A stretch of DNA of 48,052 bases from an uncultured archaeon (GTDB lineage: Archaea > Thermoplasmatota > Penumbrarchaeia > JASLWR01): contig CAYFHS010000031.1 in assembly GCA_964342815.1 (NCBI GenBank), positions 1 to 48,052 on the forward strand, written 5' to 3'. Made by a program: the position numbers and the translations under genes. Below are positions 1 through 10,600 of the stretch, piece by piece. How positions within the stretch are numbered: the stretch's first letter is position 1; every line of letters starts with the position of its first letter. The notes under the pieces were generated by a model, which was given only the letters and a program-made list of their open reading frames with translations, searched no databases and had not been told where the DNA came from.

Positions 1-28
1 GTTATCAAAAAAAGTAAAAAATGTTATT

Positions 29-412
29 CTAATTCGAGTTTAGCGTCAAGGCCTTTTTATAATTCTTACCTTTTGATGAAAACAATTCATTATTTTCGAC
101 GACCACATAATTTTTTCGTTTATATTTTGGAACAGTTGTGGGGTCAATTTTACACTCTTTTTCGTTGATTAACTTATTACTGATTTTAACACCAAAACCG
201 CGGCAAGAGTATTCAATATCGTAGGAAAAATTGGTTAACTCATATGAATTTAGGTCAATATCGCGGAAAATCCGGATTATAGCTTCGAAGAGATTTGACT
301 TACCGACTCCATTTCTTCCGATTACTACCTGCCGGTTACTGGATTCATCAAAATCAACCTCAAAATTTTTCAGATTTTTGAAATCTTTTAAATACAACCT
401 TGAAATCTTCAT
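29..412 (-). pseudogene. Truncated AAA/ABC-type ATPase (R-M-associated; N-terminal Walker A fragment only)
   Basis: MKISRLYLKDFKNLKNFEVDF...VVIGRNGVGKSNLFEAI is the typical N-terminus of SMC/ABC-like AAA_21/AAA_23 ATPases (Walker A GxNGxGKS). It stops at TAG after 127 aa with no signature or Walker B motif, and T-tracts follow. The window edge limits certainty. Confidence 0.6.
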
Positions 413-419
413 AAAAATT

Positions 420-1967
420 CTAACCCCCGAATTTTAACAGAATACTCTCTTTTTTAGGCCATTTATCAATGTCATTTTTTACTCTTGTCTCTTCAATCTC
501 TTTTGATATGGATTTTAGTTCCAAGTAAAAATCACCAATTTCATCTATTGAATACCTCGATTCTTTGAAAAGGTTCTCTGGAGTAATTCCATTTTTCTTA
601 TTCTTGATGATTGAGATTAAATTGTTCTTTATTAGGTATTTTCCCATTATTTTTCCTCCATGTCTTGTTATCTTCCTCGCCGCCTTCAACTCCCCTTCCA
701 TCTTTGCCTTTTCCTCTCTTATACCTTCAAGCAGTTTTTCCGCCGACTCGTCCTCGGGATCCTGCGGGACCAGCTCACCCCGGAAGGCTTTCGCGAGAAC
801 CGATTGGGTGAGTTTTTCTACTTTTATTTTGGCCTTGTTGTAGTGAGATTCTATTTTGTCGGCGAGGGCGAAGAGACGATCCACCTGGCGGACTATTTCC
901 TGTTGTTCTTCGAGGGGAGGGAGTTCCACTGAAACTTCTTTTATATTATTTAGATTTAGACCTGGTTTACCCGCCCCATATGCAGAATTCTCTAATTGAA
1001 GTCGCCCTGCATTGGGTGAAATTAACCATAAGTGTAAATAATCTGCAAATTTGAAATTTTCTAATCGAATTAAAGCAATATGTTGATTGACATACGCCTC
1101 AGGAATCTCCGATCTGACAAACGCCGTTTTGGTTACATTTGCACCGGTAATAGTTACAAGTATATCCCCTTTATTTATTTTCGTTCTTTTCCCCTCTACT
1201 TTCTCAGGCAAAGTTACGTATGCAACATCATTCAGTAATAATTCATCTGTTTTTATATTCTGAGCTCTTATAAATATTGCACCACTATCAGAGTAATATT
1301 TTGCCCATCCTCTTGACCCACTTGTGACATATTCTGACAGACAGCCTAATGTAGTTTTCTCCCAAGGGGATTCATCATTTTCCCGCCACTTCTCCGTCAA
1401 CTTACCGGTGACCGCATCCGATAAAACAGCCTGCCGGAACCGTTTAATGATCGCAGGTACCTTTTCCAGTCGCTCCCGGACCGCTTCGATGCGGGGAATG
1501 ATCCTGTCCAGCTTGGCGATGATGCGCTTTTGTTCGTTGAGTGGGGGGAGTGGGAATATTAATTTCCATAAAACATTAGGATTTATATGCTGTAAACCAG
1601 TCCCCCTTGATGTTTGTTCAATTTGTGTCTTTGAAAGTTTAAGGAATCCTTCTAAGAATTTCGGTTTTATAACAACAGGGGTAAGTGCTGTTATTGTAGA
1701 TCCAATCGCTCCATTTAAACCAGTGGCTGTTTTTCCTATACTCCCATCCCATACTATTAGAACATCTTTTTCATTTGCTATAGGAACATTATGATCATTA
1801 GTATATTTTCTGATCGGATTGCCTTCCATTTCAGCAATTAAAATATAAGGCACATAACCGTCCTTGGCATTATCAATTGTGTTATTGGGTTTTTTACCCT
1901 TTCTAGGAATTACTACTTGCTTCAAATATGTCGTAATCCACCCCTCTGGTAGCACCTCCCTCATCAC
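420..1967 (-). CDS. hsdS: Type I restriction-modification specificity subunit with about 75-aa C-terminal extension
   Basis: LPEGW start; two TRD plus conserved-region units (LPPLNEQKRII, LPPLEEQQEIV); AKAFRGELVPQDP tail; located in an hsdR-hsdM operon. Confidence 0.95.
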   Translation of the reverse strand: MMREVLPEGWITTYLKQVVIPRKGKKPNNTIDNAKDGYVPYILIAEMEGNPIRKYTNDHNVPIANEKDVLIVWDGSIGKTATGLNGAIGSTITALTPVVIKPKFLEGFLKLSKTQIEQTSRGTGLQHINPNVLWKLIFPLPPLNEQKRIIAKLDRIIPRIEAVRERLEKVPAIIKRFRQAVLSDAVTGKLTEKWRENDESPWEKTTLGCLSEYVTSGSRGWAKYYSDSGAIFIRAQNIKTDELLLNDVAYVTLPEKVEGKRTKINKGDILVTITGANVTKTAFVRSEIPEAYVNQHIALIRLENFKFADYLHLWLISPNAGRLQLENSAYGAGKPGLNLNNIKEVSVELPPLEEQQEIVRQVDRLFALADKIESHYNKAKIKVEKLTQSVLAKAFRGELVPQDPEDESAEKLLEGIREEKAKMEGELKAARKITRHGGKIMGKYLIKNNLISIIKNKKNGITPENLFKESRYSIDEIGDFYLELKSISKEIEETRVKNDIDKWPKKESILLKFGG

Positions 1968-3148
1968 TCCCCCTCCGTCCGGTCCCGCATCTCCGATTCG
2001 ATCAATCTTTTCTGTCTTTCAAGTTCCGCTTTCAATTCATCCTCGCCCGGCAAATAAAGCATGTACTTCGATGCGAATAACTGTTTGTTAATTCCCATCA
2101 CGGAATACCTCACCACGGTTTCGTCCTTTTCCGTGCACAGTACGAGTCCCACTGTCGGGTTATCGTCTTTCGCCTTCTGGAGATCATCGAACATCCTCAC
2201 GTACATATCCATCTGGCCTATATCCTGGTGTGTGAGCTTCCCTGTTTTCAGGTCGATCAGGATGAAGCACTTCAGATAATAATTGTAGAAAACGAGATCG
2301 ATGTAGAAATCACTCGTTTCGGTGGAGATACGTTTCTGTCTTGCCACGAAGGCAAATCCTTTTCCCAACTCCATGAGAAAATCCTGAAGTCTGTCGATGA
2401 TCGCTTGCTCCAGCTCGCTTTCCCGGAAATGATTTCGGTTACTCATGCCTAAAAATTCCAGCACGTAAGGGTCCTTGAGGTATTCTTTCGGATCCTGCGT
2501 CACCTCTGTCGTTTTCTCTGTCGCTTCGGCCATTACAATCTTTTTTTCTTGACTTGCAAGCAGCCTCTCGTAATATAGTGAGTGTATCTGGCGCTCTAGT
2601 GCCCTGGTGGACCAGTTCTGCTCCGCTGCCTCCCTCATGTACCACTCCATAGCCAATGGATTCTCCACACGAATGAGTAGCTTGTAATGGGTCCAGGACA
2701 GGGTCGGATCTATGGGTAATCGGGTGGTTTCGTTGGATTGGTGCCGCACCGGAGCACCATTCTTCTCCGATAAGTGCCGCACTGCGGCACCTTTTTCAGA
2801 TTCACTCGGCACTGTGGAACGAATTTCGAAAAGTCTATAAAATTGGCGCATTCTCTTCAGATTGCTGGTGTTGAATCCTCTTCCGAACTCGGCAGTTAAT
2901 TGTCGGGATAGGTCCTTGATCAGGTATTTCCCGTATTCTGCCCGTTCAGCTCCGTTCTGTTCCTCTTCTACGATCAATCGGCCAATATTCCAGTAAGCCT
3001 TCACCATGGCGGAATTCACGGCGCGGTTAACGTTCTTTCGGGCATCGTCAATAACTGCTTTGATGGAGAGATACAGCTTATTCCCACCAGTATCGCTCTC
3101 CGATTCCTCTGGGAGATTGTGATTTACCAGAATAACGTCCTTGTTCAT
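1964..3148 (-). CDS. YhcG/DUF1016-family PD-(D/E)xK nuclease domain protein
   Basis: AYWNIGRLIVEEEQNGAERAEYG, LSWTHY, KDPYVLEFL, FYIDLVFYN...IDLK and DIGQMDMY motifs. The start is placed at ATG 3148, which overlaps the hsdM stop as ATGA; the ORF track extends it to 3202. Confidence 0.9.
   Translation of the reverse strand: MNKDVILVNHNLPEESESDTGGNKLYLSIKAVIDDARKNVNRAVNSAMVKAYWNIGRLIVEEEQNGAERAEYGKYLIKDLSRQLTAEFGRGFNTSNLKRMRQFYRLFEIRSTVPSESEKGAAVRHLSEKNGAPVRHQSNETTRLPIDPTLSWTHYKLLIRVENPLAMEWYMREAAEQNWSTRALERQIHSLYYERLLASQEKKIVMAEATEKTTEVTQDPKEYLKDPYVLEFLGMSNRNHFRESELEQAIIDRLQDFLMELGKGFAFVARQKRISTETSDFYIDLVFYNYYLKCFILIDLKTGKLTHQDIGQMDMYVRMFDDLQKAKDDNPTVGLVLCTEKDETVVRYSVMGINKQLFASKYMLYLPGEDELKAELERQKRLIESEMRDRTEGE
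2738..2824 (-). repeat. Degenerate 30-33 bp in-frame tandem repeat in the yhcG-like gene
   Basis: GTGCCGCAC occurs at 2741 and 2774, 33 bp apart, with a weaker third copy 30 bp further. Protein: RSTVPSESEK / GAAVRHLSEKN / GAPVRHQS. Confidence 0.7.
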
Positions 3149-4554
3149 TCCACGTCCTCTGAATTGATAAACATGAGTATCGTCTGTAGCTCGTCCACGC
3201 AAGCATTGAGCTCTGTGATTGCCTCTTCCACCAGCACCTCTGGTTCAGGCAGAGAGTTCGGGTCCTCAAGGCTGTCATCCTTTAGCCAGGTAATGTCCAA
3301 ATTGTAATTTCTCTCCTGTATTTGGGAAATATCGAACCTTCGGAAACGTCCTTCCTGGCCCAGGTCTTTTCTCTCCGATCGACCGTTTGGGTCCTTACCG
3401 TAACACTTTTCGAACTTTTCGAACATCTGCGGAGTAAGAGGACGGGCTTTCTTGGTCACGCCCGGTATGTTCGTTCTGCAATCGTATATCCAAGTTTCTT
3501 CAGTGGAGAATCCTTTCTGGAAAAATATAACATTCGCCTTCACACCCTGGCTGTAAGGGGTGAATGTCCCGTTTGGCAGACGCAGAATTGTATGCACATT
3601 GCAGTCTTCCATTAGGTACTTGAAGACCTGTCCCGCTTCATCGGAGAAAAGGACGTTATCTGGCAGAACTATCGCAGCCCTTCCCCCCGGCTTCAATATG
3701 GTTACCACGTGCTGAATAAAGTTAAGCTGTTTGTTGCTCGTGGATACAGTAAAGTCATCGCGGACCGGCGCCTGGTTCGCTCCCTTTGTCCCAAAAGGAG
3801 GATTGGTGAGCACGCAGTCATAGCGTTCTCCCCGGTCTGGCTCGTATATACTATCACCCAGGTAAATACTGGTCTCGATTCCATGCAGAAAGAGGTTCAT
3901 TAGGGCCAGTCTGCGGGGTCTCGGCACAAGTTCCTGCCCGTAATAGGTCTTTTTCTTTATCCGAAGTACGTCTTTTCGATCGAGAGCTCCTCCGGAGACC
4001 TTCATGAGCCATTCATAGGCTAGCATCAAGAAACCCGCCGTCCCGCAGGCAGGATCGCATATTCGGTATTCTCGAACGGACCTCGGATCGGGTTTCATTA
4101 CTTTGACGATAGATTTTATTAGAACACGAGGGGTGAAATACTGCCCCGCACCTTTTTTTCCTTCGGCAGCGGATTTTTCCAGCAGTCCCTCGAAGGCGGC
4201 ACCCTTGATGTCAAGTTCCATGGCCGACCAGTCTTCCGCGTCAATCATGTTGAGTACCCTTTTGAGGTTCACTGGATTGTTGAAACGAGGCATTGCCTGA
4301 GTAAATATATCTCCGAGAATACCATCCGCCTTTCTCAGGTTTCTCAGAACCTCGTTATAATGGTCTAGGAGCCGAGTGCCGGATAGTTTCAGAAGACTTT
4401 CCCAGTTGTATTCCTTATTGACCTCGATCTCCTTTTCGTCCGCCATTTTCAGAAATAGAAGATAAGTCAGTTGTTCGATATAATCGCCATAGTCTATACC
4501 GTCATGGCGAAGGGTATGGCAGAATCCCCAGAGTTTGTTTACGATATCGGTCAT
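3145..4554 (-). CDS. hsdM: Type I restriction-modification N6-adenine methyltransferase subunit
   Basis: GQYFTPR, SAM-binding motif I DPACGTAGFL, catalytic NPPF, and N-terminal YIEQLTYLLFLKM. Confidence 0.96.
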   Translation of the reverse strand: MTDIVNKLWGFCHTLRHDGIDYGDYIEQLTYLLFLKMADEKEIEVNKEYNWESLLKLSGTRLLDHYNEVLRNLRKADGILGDIFTQAMPRFNNPVNLKRVLNMIDAEDWSAMELDIKGAAFEGLLEKSAAEGKKGAGQYFTPRVLIKSIVKVMKPDPRSVREYRICDPACGTAGFLMLAYEWLMKVSGGALDRKDVLRIKKKTYYGQELVPRPRRLALMNLFLHGIETSIYLGDSIYEPDRGERYDCVLTNPPFGTKGANQAPVRDDFTVSTSNKQLNFIQHVVTILKPGGRAAIVLPDNVLFSDEAGQVFKYLMEDCNVHTILRLPNGTFTPYSQGVKANVIFFQKGFSTEETWIYDCRTNIPGVTKKARPLTPQMFEKFEKCYGKDPNGRSERKDLGQEGRFRRFDISQIQERNYNLDITWLKDDSLEDPNSLPEPEVLVEEAITELNACVDELQTILMFINSEDVE

Positions 4555-4589
4555 TCAGTTTCCCTCAGTAATATGTATGCTTCCGACAT

Positions 4590-7253
4590 TTAGGCAGCAA
4601 CGGCCTCATTAAGTTCGTTAATAAGGGTATCGAAGTTCTCACTAAAAACCTTTTTTGCTATGCGAAGACCGCCGTGTCTGTCGAATATAGGCATGATATC
4701 AAAATCATCTTCCGCGATAGCAAGGTTTTCAATCAAATGCTGCTTTATGTATGCAAGCCATTTCATCTGTTTTTCCGAAAAAGTCTTGTTCTCGGTAATT
4801 CGTTCAATGGCAGCTTCGACCCGCTCCTTTGCATTGAGTATCGCGGACTCCAGTTCCGCAGCATGTTTTATCATGGAGATAATGTCGGCAAGTGGTTTTT
4901 TATAGACATGCCTGTAAGCCTTCTGGAGATTATTTTCCCCGAAATCATTTTCATTTAATTTGGTTCGCAGTTCATCCAGTGCGCCTGTATTCCATTCATC
5001 GGGCCTTGCAAGGAGGATTTCGATGGCTTCTATGTGTTCGGGATTGTCCCTTACGAACTTCTCGAAGAGGTTCAGATAGTCCTCGGGTTTTTGATAATCA
5101 CTGCCCACCCTGAACATCACTTCATCCTCAACAGTATCGACTATATCATATCCTTTGTAAAACACCCTTCTCGGGCGAGTATAATTCACGAGAAGGCCCT
5201 GGAATTCTTCGTTCCTTAAAAGCTTCATGGTATCGATGAATCGGTGTTTAAGATTATCCCGGAGCTTGTCGACATAGGTTTTCATATCGCCATCTTTTAT
5301 AAATTTAGAAAATTCTTCCCTGGCTTTGGCTCCCATGTTCTTTTCGATCCGTCTGAGACGTTTAATAAGTACGTTGATATTGTAGTCCCTGTCACGATTG
5401 TCGTATATCCTCTCGATAATTTCGTTAATCGGGATAATCTCTCTTTGTAGTTTCACATTGAAATCGGTGGCGTTTTTAAAATACTCTATAAGGGAGCCAT
5501 CAAAACAGTCGAATATAGTGAATTTATCTTTGTATATGTCAGGACAAAGGCGAGTCCCCCGTCCGAGCATTTGAACCCACAATATACGCGATTTCACCAT
5601 ACGCATGAAAACGACCATCTCTATTGCCGGTATATCGACTCCGGTGGTGAGCATATCTACAGTGACCACGATTTTAGGCTCCTTCCGGTTCCTAAACTTT
5701 CTGATCTTCTGAAGCGGCCGATCCACTTTTCCCGTGATCTTTGTTACGAAATCATCACCTTTACCAAAGACCTCCTTGCATGTGCGAACCACTTCATCTG
5801 CATGTGAAACATGGGCCAAATCGTTCACGGCAAAGATGAGTATTTTGGGGAACATTCCGTGCTCGTCCTCGTGCCGGTCGGTATATTTCTTAATCGACCT
5901 TATGATTTTCTTCGTGCTGTCCGGTGATGTGATCTTTGCTTCGATCTCTGAGGCCGCGAATTCTCGTTCATCTTCAAGTTCGTCAAGTTTCTCAACTCCG
6001 GTCTCGGTATCTATTTCACCGACGAGGTCGCCCTCGTTGAGGAAAGCTCCGTTTATATGTATATCTGATTTTATTTTCACGGCATCGTAATCGACGAGAT
6101 AGCCATCGAGTACAGCTTCCTTCGTACTGTATGAAAAAACTTTATTCTTAAACATTGCCAGGCTGTGGCTTGCCGGAGTGGCAGTTAGGCCGATTTTCAC
6201 TGCATCGAAATATTCCAAAGTTCTTTTCCAGGTACCGGTCTCCTTTGCGGAGTAGCCGCGATGACACTCATCTGCTATGATTAAGTCGAACGCGTTTATA
6301 GGGATATCGAGTTTTTTTACTTCGATGTCATACGGCATATCACCCTGTGCTTCCTTACCAAAAAGATTGATCGACATCCTCTGAATGGTTGATACATAGA
6401 TGTAGGTATGCTTTTCCTGGGGTTTTGTCAGATAATCCTCCGGTAAAACCTGTGGATCAAAGGTGCAATTTTCTTCAAAATCGTCACGTCTGAACTTCTG
6501 ACTATAAACTTCATAACATTTGTCGAGCTTTAAACCATCCAATGTTTCAAAAGCTGAGATTGATGAGACTGTTTGAGCAGCGAGAGCTCTTCTATCAACC
6601 AAGAACAAGATTTTCTTTGCATAACCCGATTTTAAAAGCCGGTAGATAAATGAAATCGCCATGAATGTTTTTCCAGTCCCTGTCGCCATGGCAATGAGCA
6701 TTCTGTTTTTACAATTGCACAGTGCATCTTCGATAGCTTTGATGGCAGATATCTGATAAGGTCGTAGTCTTTTTATATTGTTTACGGGATTGGTTTGAAA
6801 CCATCTTTCTGCTTTCTCGGTGTTTCTCTTAAGCTTATCTGACATTGCTTGAGGAGTGTGAAAATCACTTATTTGAAATGATATTTTTTTTTTCTTTCTT
6901 ACATCCAAATAGAAAATCAATTCTCCATTGGATGAATAGAGAAAAGGAACCTTGTATTCACGCCAATGTCCAATGGTATTTTCTACGCCTCTGGAATATC
7001 TTTTAGTCTGCTCTAGGACATTTTCCGCACCGATGCTAAGCTTCTTTGCTTCGATCATTCCAATGAGCTTACCTTTTACAAATAACGCATAATCGACAGG
7101 TCCTGACTCAGTTGGAAACTCTTCAACGGCGTGAGATACAAGTAGCGACTTGTCCATTCCACTTTCATACGGAATAATTTTCCAATTCAGTAATGGAGCC
7201 TTTAACTTTGTGTCAATTCTTTTTTTTCTTGTAATTTTTTCTGATTCATTCAT
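4590..7253 (-). CDS. hsdR: Type I restriction enzyme R subunit (EcoEI/EcoAI-like C-terminus)
   Basis: N-terminal PD-(D/E)xK motif (VDYAL...IEAKK), helicase Walker A MATGTGKT, DECHR, GLTATP and QMLGRGTRL. Confidence 0.95.
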   Translation of the reverse strand: MNESEKITRKKRIDTKLKAPLLNWKIIPYESGMDKSLLVSHAVEEFPTESGPVDYALFVKGKLIGMIEAKKLSIGAENVLEQTKRYSRGVENTIGHWREYKVPFLYSSNGELIFYLDVRKKKKISFQISDFHTPQAMSDKLKRNTEKAERWFQTNPVNNIKRLRPYQISAIKAIEDALCNCKNRMLIAMATGTGKTFMAISFIYRLLKSGYAKKILFLVDRRALAAQTVSSISAFETLDGLKLDKCYEVYSQKFRRDDFEENCTFDPQVLPEDYLTKPQEKHTYIYVSTIQRMSINLFGKEAQGDMPYDIEVKKLDIPINAFDLIIADECHRGYSAKETGTWKRTLEYFDAVKIGLTATPASHSLAMFKNKVFSYSTKEAVLDGYLVDYDAVKIKSDIHINGAFLNEGDLVGEIDTETGVEKLDELEDEREFAASEIEAKITSPDSTKKIIRSIKKYTDRHEDEHGMFPKILIFAVNDLAHVSHADEVVRTCKEVFGKGDDFVTKITGKVDRPLQKIRKFRNRKEPKIVVTVDMLTTGVDIPAIEMVVFMRMVKSRILWVQMLGRGTRLCPDIYKDKFTIFDCFDGSLIEYFKNATDFNVKLQREIIPINEIIERIYDNRDRDYNINVLIKRLRRIEKNMGAKAREEFSKFIKDGDMKTYVDKLRDNLKHRFIDTMKLLRNEEFQGLLVNYTRPRRVFYKGYDIVDTVEDEVMFRVGSDYQKPEDYLNLFEKFVRDNPEHIEAIEILLARPDEWNTGALDELRTKLNENDFGENNLQKAYRHVYKKPLADIISMIKHAAELESAILNAKERVEAAIERITENKTFSEKQMKWLAYIKQHLIENLAIAEDDFDIMPIFDRHGGLRIAKKVFSENFDTLINELNEAVAA

Positions 7254-7654
7254 GCAATTCCGTTTTCCATTAAAGGTTATAGGTTTTTACACTCAATTAT
7301 GGTTGATTTAAAATTTCCTTTTATTGTAATAATCTTAACATATATATTACTTTCTTAGAAGCATGTCTAATCCAAAAAGAAATCGATCCTATGTTATCCA
7401 TAGTGGATTTGCCCAACTTGTATGGTGAGAACACAATATGGTCAAGGTGTATTCTAACCTTTTTATATCGGTAGGAATCCTCAAGAATCCCAAATAGAAC
7501 AAGATACTACTATCTCACCAAAATCTCCACTTCTACCAATTCCTCTAACGGAAAATGCTGCGAACACAATTTGGAATGTATGGCTACAATATTATCCTGA
7601 CAGGATTTTCTCATAAGTAAACGATTCATCTTAATCAATTCAGAGAAGTACCAA

Positions 7655-10600
7655 TCATTCCGGCGGCGGTGGTAGTTCGAGAGTTTGTGCAACTGGTTCT
7701 ATATATAACTGTTCGGGGTGAGAGAGAGGAAGGGCCGGAGTTAATTGCCCATCACTGGGTAATAACGGCGTTTGGTCGAATTGAGTTTGCGGAGCAGTTT
7801 GTTGAGTTGCAGGTGATTGTGAGATTATTGGAATTGGCTCAGCGGTATTTAATAAATCTCCGTTACGGGTCGGAGAGGGGGCCGGAGGGGTGATTGGCGG
7901 GGTATTGATTGAAGTATTATTATCCAAAGGAGATTTTTCGTTTGGTTTTTTATCCTTGGACGATCTTCTCATGATAATAACTATCAGCAGGGCTATTACA
8001 AAGAATCCAATAAAACCTATCAAAATGATTGACCATAACGAAATCTCAGCTTCCTTTTCCTTATTGCTTGCCCCGGGCCCGTCATCGTCCGGCAGGTTAT
8101 CGGGATCATCCACAACCTTCAAAGACACTGTCATTTGATCTGTATTTCCCGCGATATCTTTTACGATCAGGGTAATTGAAAAGGAACCGGTCTTGTTGAA
8201 AATATACTCAGTCGATTCACCCTCCATGGTTATTTCCTCCCCGATTCCCTGAATAATCCAAGTATAATTTGAAATACCAACGTTATCATGGCTTATCTTA
8301 CCGTCAAATTTCACAGTTCCATTGACCTTTATTTCATACTCATTGTCCGCGATCAAATATTTTCCGTCAATTGTAAAGTTAGCAAGCGGTGGAATCAGAT
8401 CCAGGACCGTTACAAAAAGAATGTCCCGGTCCACCAGGCCTGCTCCGTCGATTACCGATAATGTTATTGTGTAATTTCCGGGTATTTCCAACTTTATTAT
8501 CGTCATTATATCATGTATTTTGTAAATTGTTCCGTTATGGACATATTCCCAGGTGTAATTAACGATTTCAACATTATCAGTACTCTTTCCGGCATCCAAA
8601 GAAATTGTATCAAACTGACCGATAGTAAGGTTCTTTCCCGCCACTGCCTCGGGAGGAGAAATATCTCTTACGCTGATCGTAAGATTGTCTTTACCGATGT
8701 TTCCCACGCTATCCGCCACCCTCAATTCCACGTTGTAGATTCCAGCATCTTCAAATGTAAAATCGACCGCCATACCATAATGAAAGAAATCGCTTCCATT
8801 GTACGAAAATATCCAGGTATAGTTCTCAATCATACCATTATCAAAACTTCCGCTTCCATTGAAAGTGACTGTCTGGTGCTGTCCGATGGTATTATCATCA
8901 CCCGCCTTGGCGTAAGGAGGAATTGTATCCACTACAGAAAGACTTGTAGAATCGGTTATTAGGAGATTTCCGGCCGCATCCCCGATATAATAGGTATAGC
9001 TGATATTTCTTGCATCGATTGGAACAACGATTGATAGCTCCCATATGAATAAACTGTCTTGAGTCATTGATTCATTTTTTTCAATCCCATCGTTAAACGA
9101 ATAGCCAACGTAAACCGATGTAACTTCAACACTATCTGAGACCGCTACCGAAAGATTGAACGATTCACCCGTTCGTGGAGAATCCTCTGTTATATCTTCC
9201 AAAAGAACTGGTAGATCATTGTCAATAACCGGAATGATCTTCTCCATCACAGCACGACTATTTCCGCTGGTATCGTTGACGCGAATAATATAGCTCAGAT
9301 TATTCAGATCTTGATTCAATGAAATGGAAGCGATCCAAAAACTATCATTGCCGTCCAGTGAGACTTTATCAGCCGTTTCACCATGTTCCCAACTTATCTC
9401 GACGCTTTGAACTTCGATATTGTCCGAGACACTCAAATTAAACTCAAAAATATCTCCAGTGGTCCCGGTGTCCGGTGAATTATCCCTGACAAGCTCCGGG
9501 AGATCATTATCGATGACTGTTACATGGTTGAGAATTGAATGGTTATGGTTTCCGACGGCATCTCGAAGATAGATTGTATAGGTAAGGTCTCGTAGATCGT
9601 GTCCGAGTTGTATCGTTCCCTCCCATTGATCCTCGTTTTTTGAAAGTGAAAGATTTCCATTCAGCGGCCCATGGGCCCAATCGACATTTACACTGTTGAC
9701 ATCAATATTGTCAAAAGCGTTGATACTGAATGGGAAGGGGTCCCCCGTGGTACCAATAACCGGGGTTTCATCGGAAATCACCGAGGGAATAATATCGTCT
9801 ATTACTGCATATTTCAAATTTTTATTGTTATTATCATAATAACTGATATGCGGATTATCGTTACCATCCAACGCAATGGATGCATATTCACCGAATTCGC
9901 GACCCGAATCCACAACCTCCTTATTCCATTTTGCTCCGTCGTGATAGGCATATTTCAGACCGGATGATTTATAGGCGATATGAGGTCGGTCTTTGCTATC
10001 CAGACTGAGAGATGTTTCATGGTTCTCGGCGGAATCCACAGTTTCATTATGCCAATGATTACCATGATTGTAAGCATATTTAACGTCCTTATTAGTATCA
10101 TCGATATAACTGATATGCGGGTCATCATTCGAATCGAGCTTAAGGGACGTATAGTAACCTACATTGCCTTTCGAATCCACGGTTTCGTTCAACCAGGCAG
10201 TACCATTGTAATATGCATATTTAAGATTATTATTTGTCAGGTCCCAATAACTGATATGCGGGCGGTCATTGCTATCCATGGCGATGGAAGTATACTGCCC
10301 CACATTGTCCTGCTGGTCCACGATTTCCACTTCCTCGTTCCCACCCTGGATATTGCTGACATATGTCAATGAACCTCCGAATTCATAACTGCTCATATGA
10401 GGTTTATCATTACTATCAATTGCAATGGAGATAAAATGCCCAAGCTGAAAACCCACTGGAGTAAAAATCCATTTTGCCCCATCATGATATGAATACATCA
10501 TCTGGGGAACAAATGCATCTTCTTTATAGCCGAGATGCGGGCGGTCATTGCTATCCATGGCCAAACACATGTGTTGGGCTCCCAAGCCTATTTGGCTAAC

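Noticed and set aside
7254-7692. ORF 7510-7692 and the ATCCTG-A-CAGGAT palindrome between hsdR and the surface protein
   Set aside because: The ORF overlaps the 3' end of the real gene and has no motif; the palindrome is too short to distinguish from chance.
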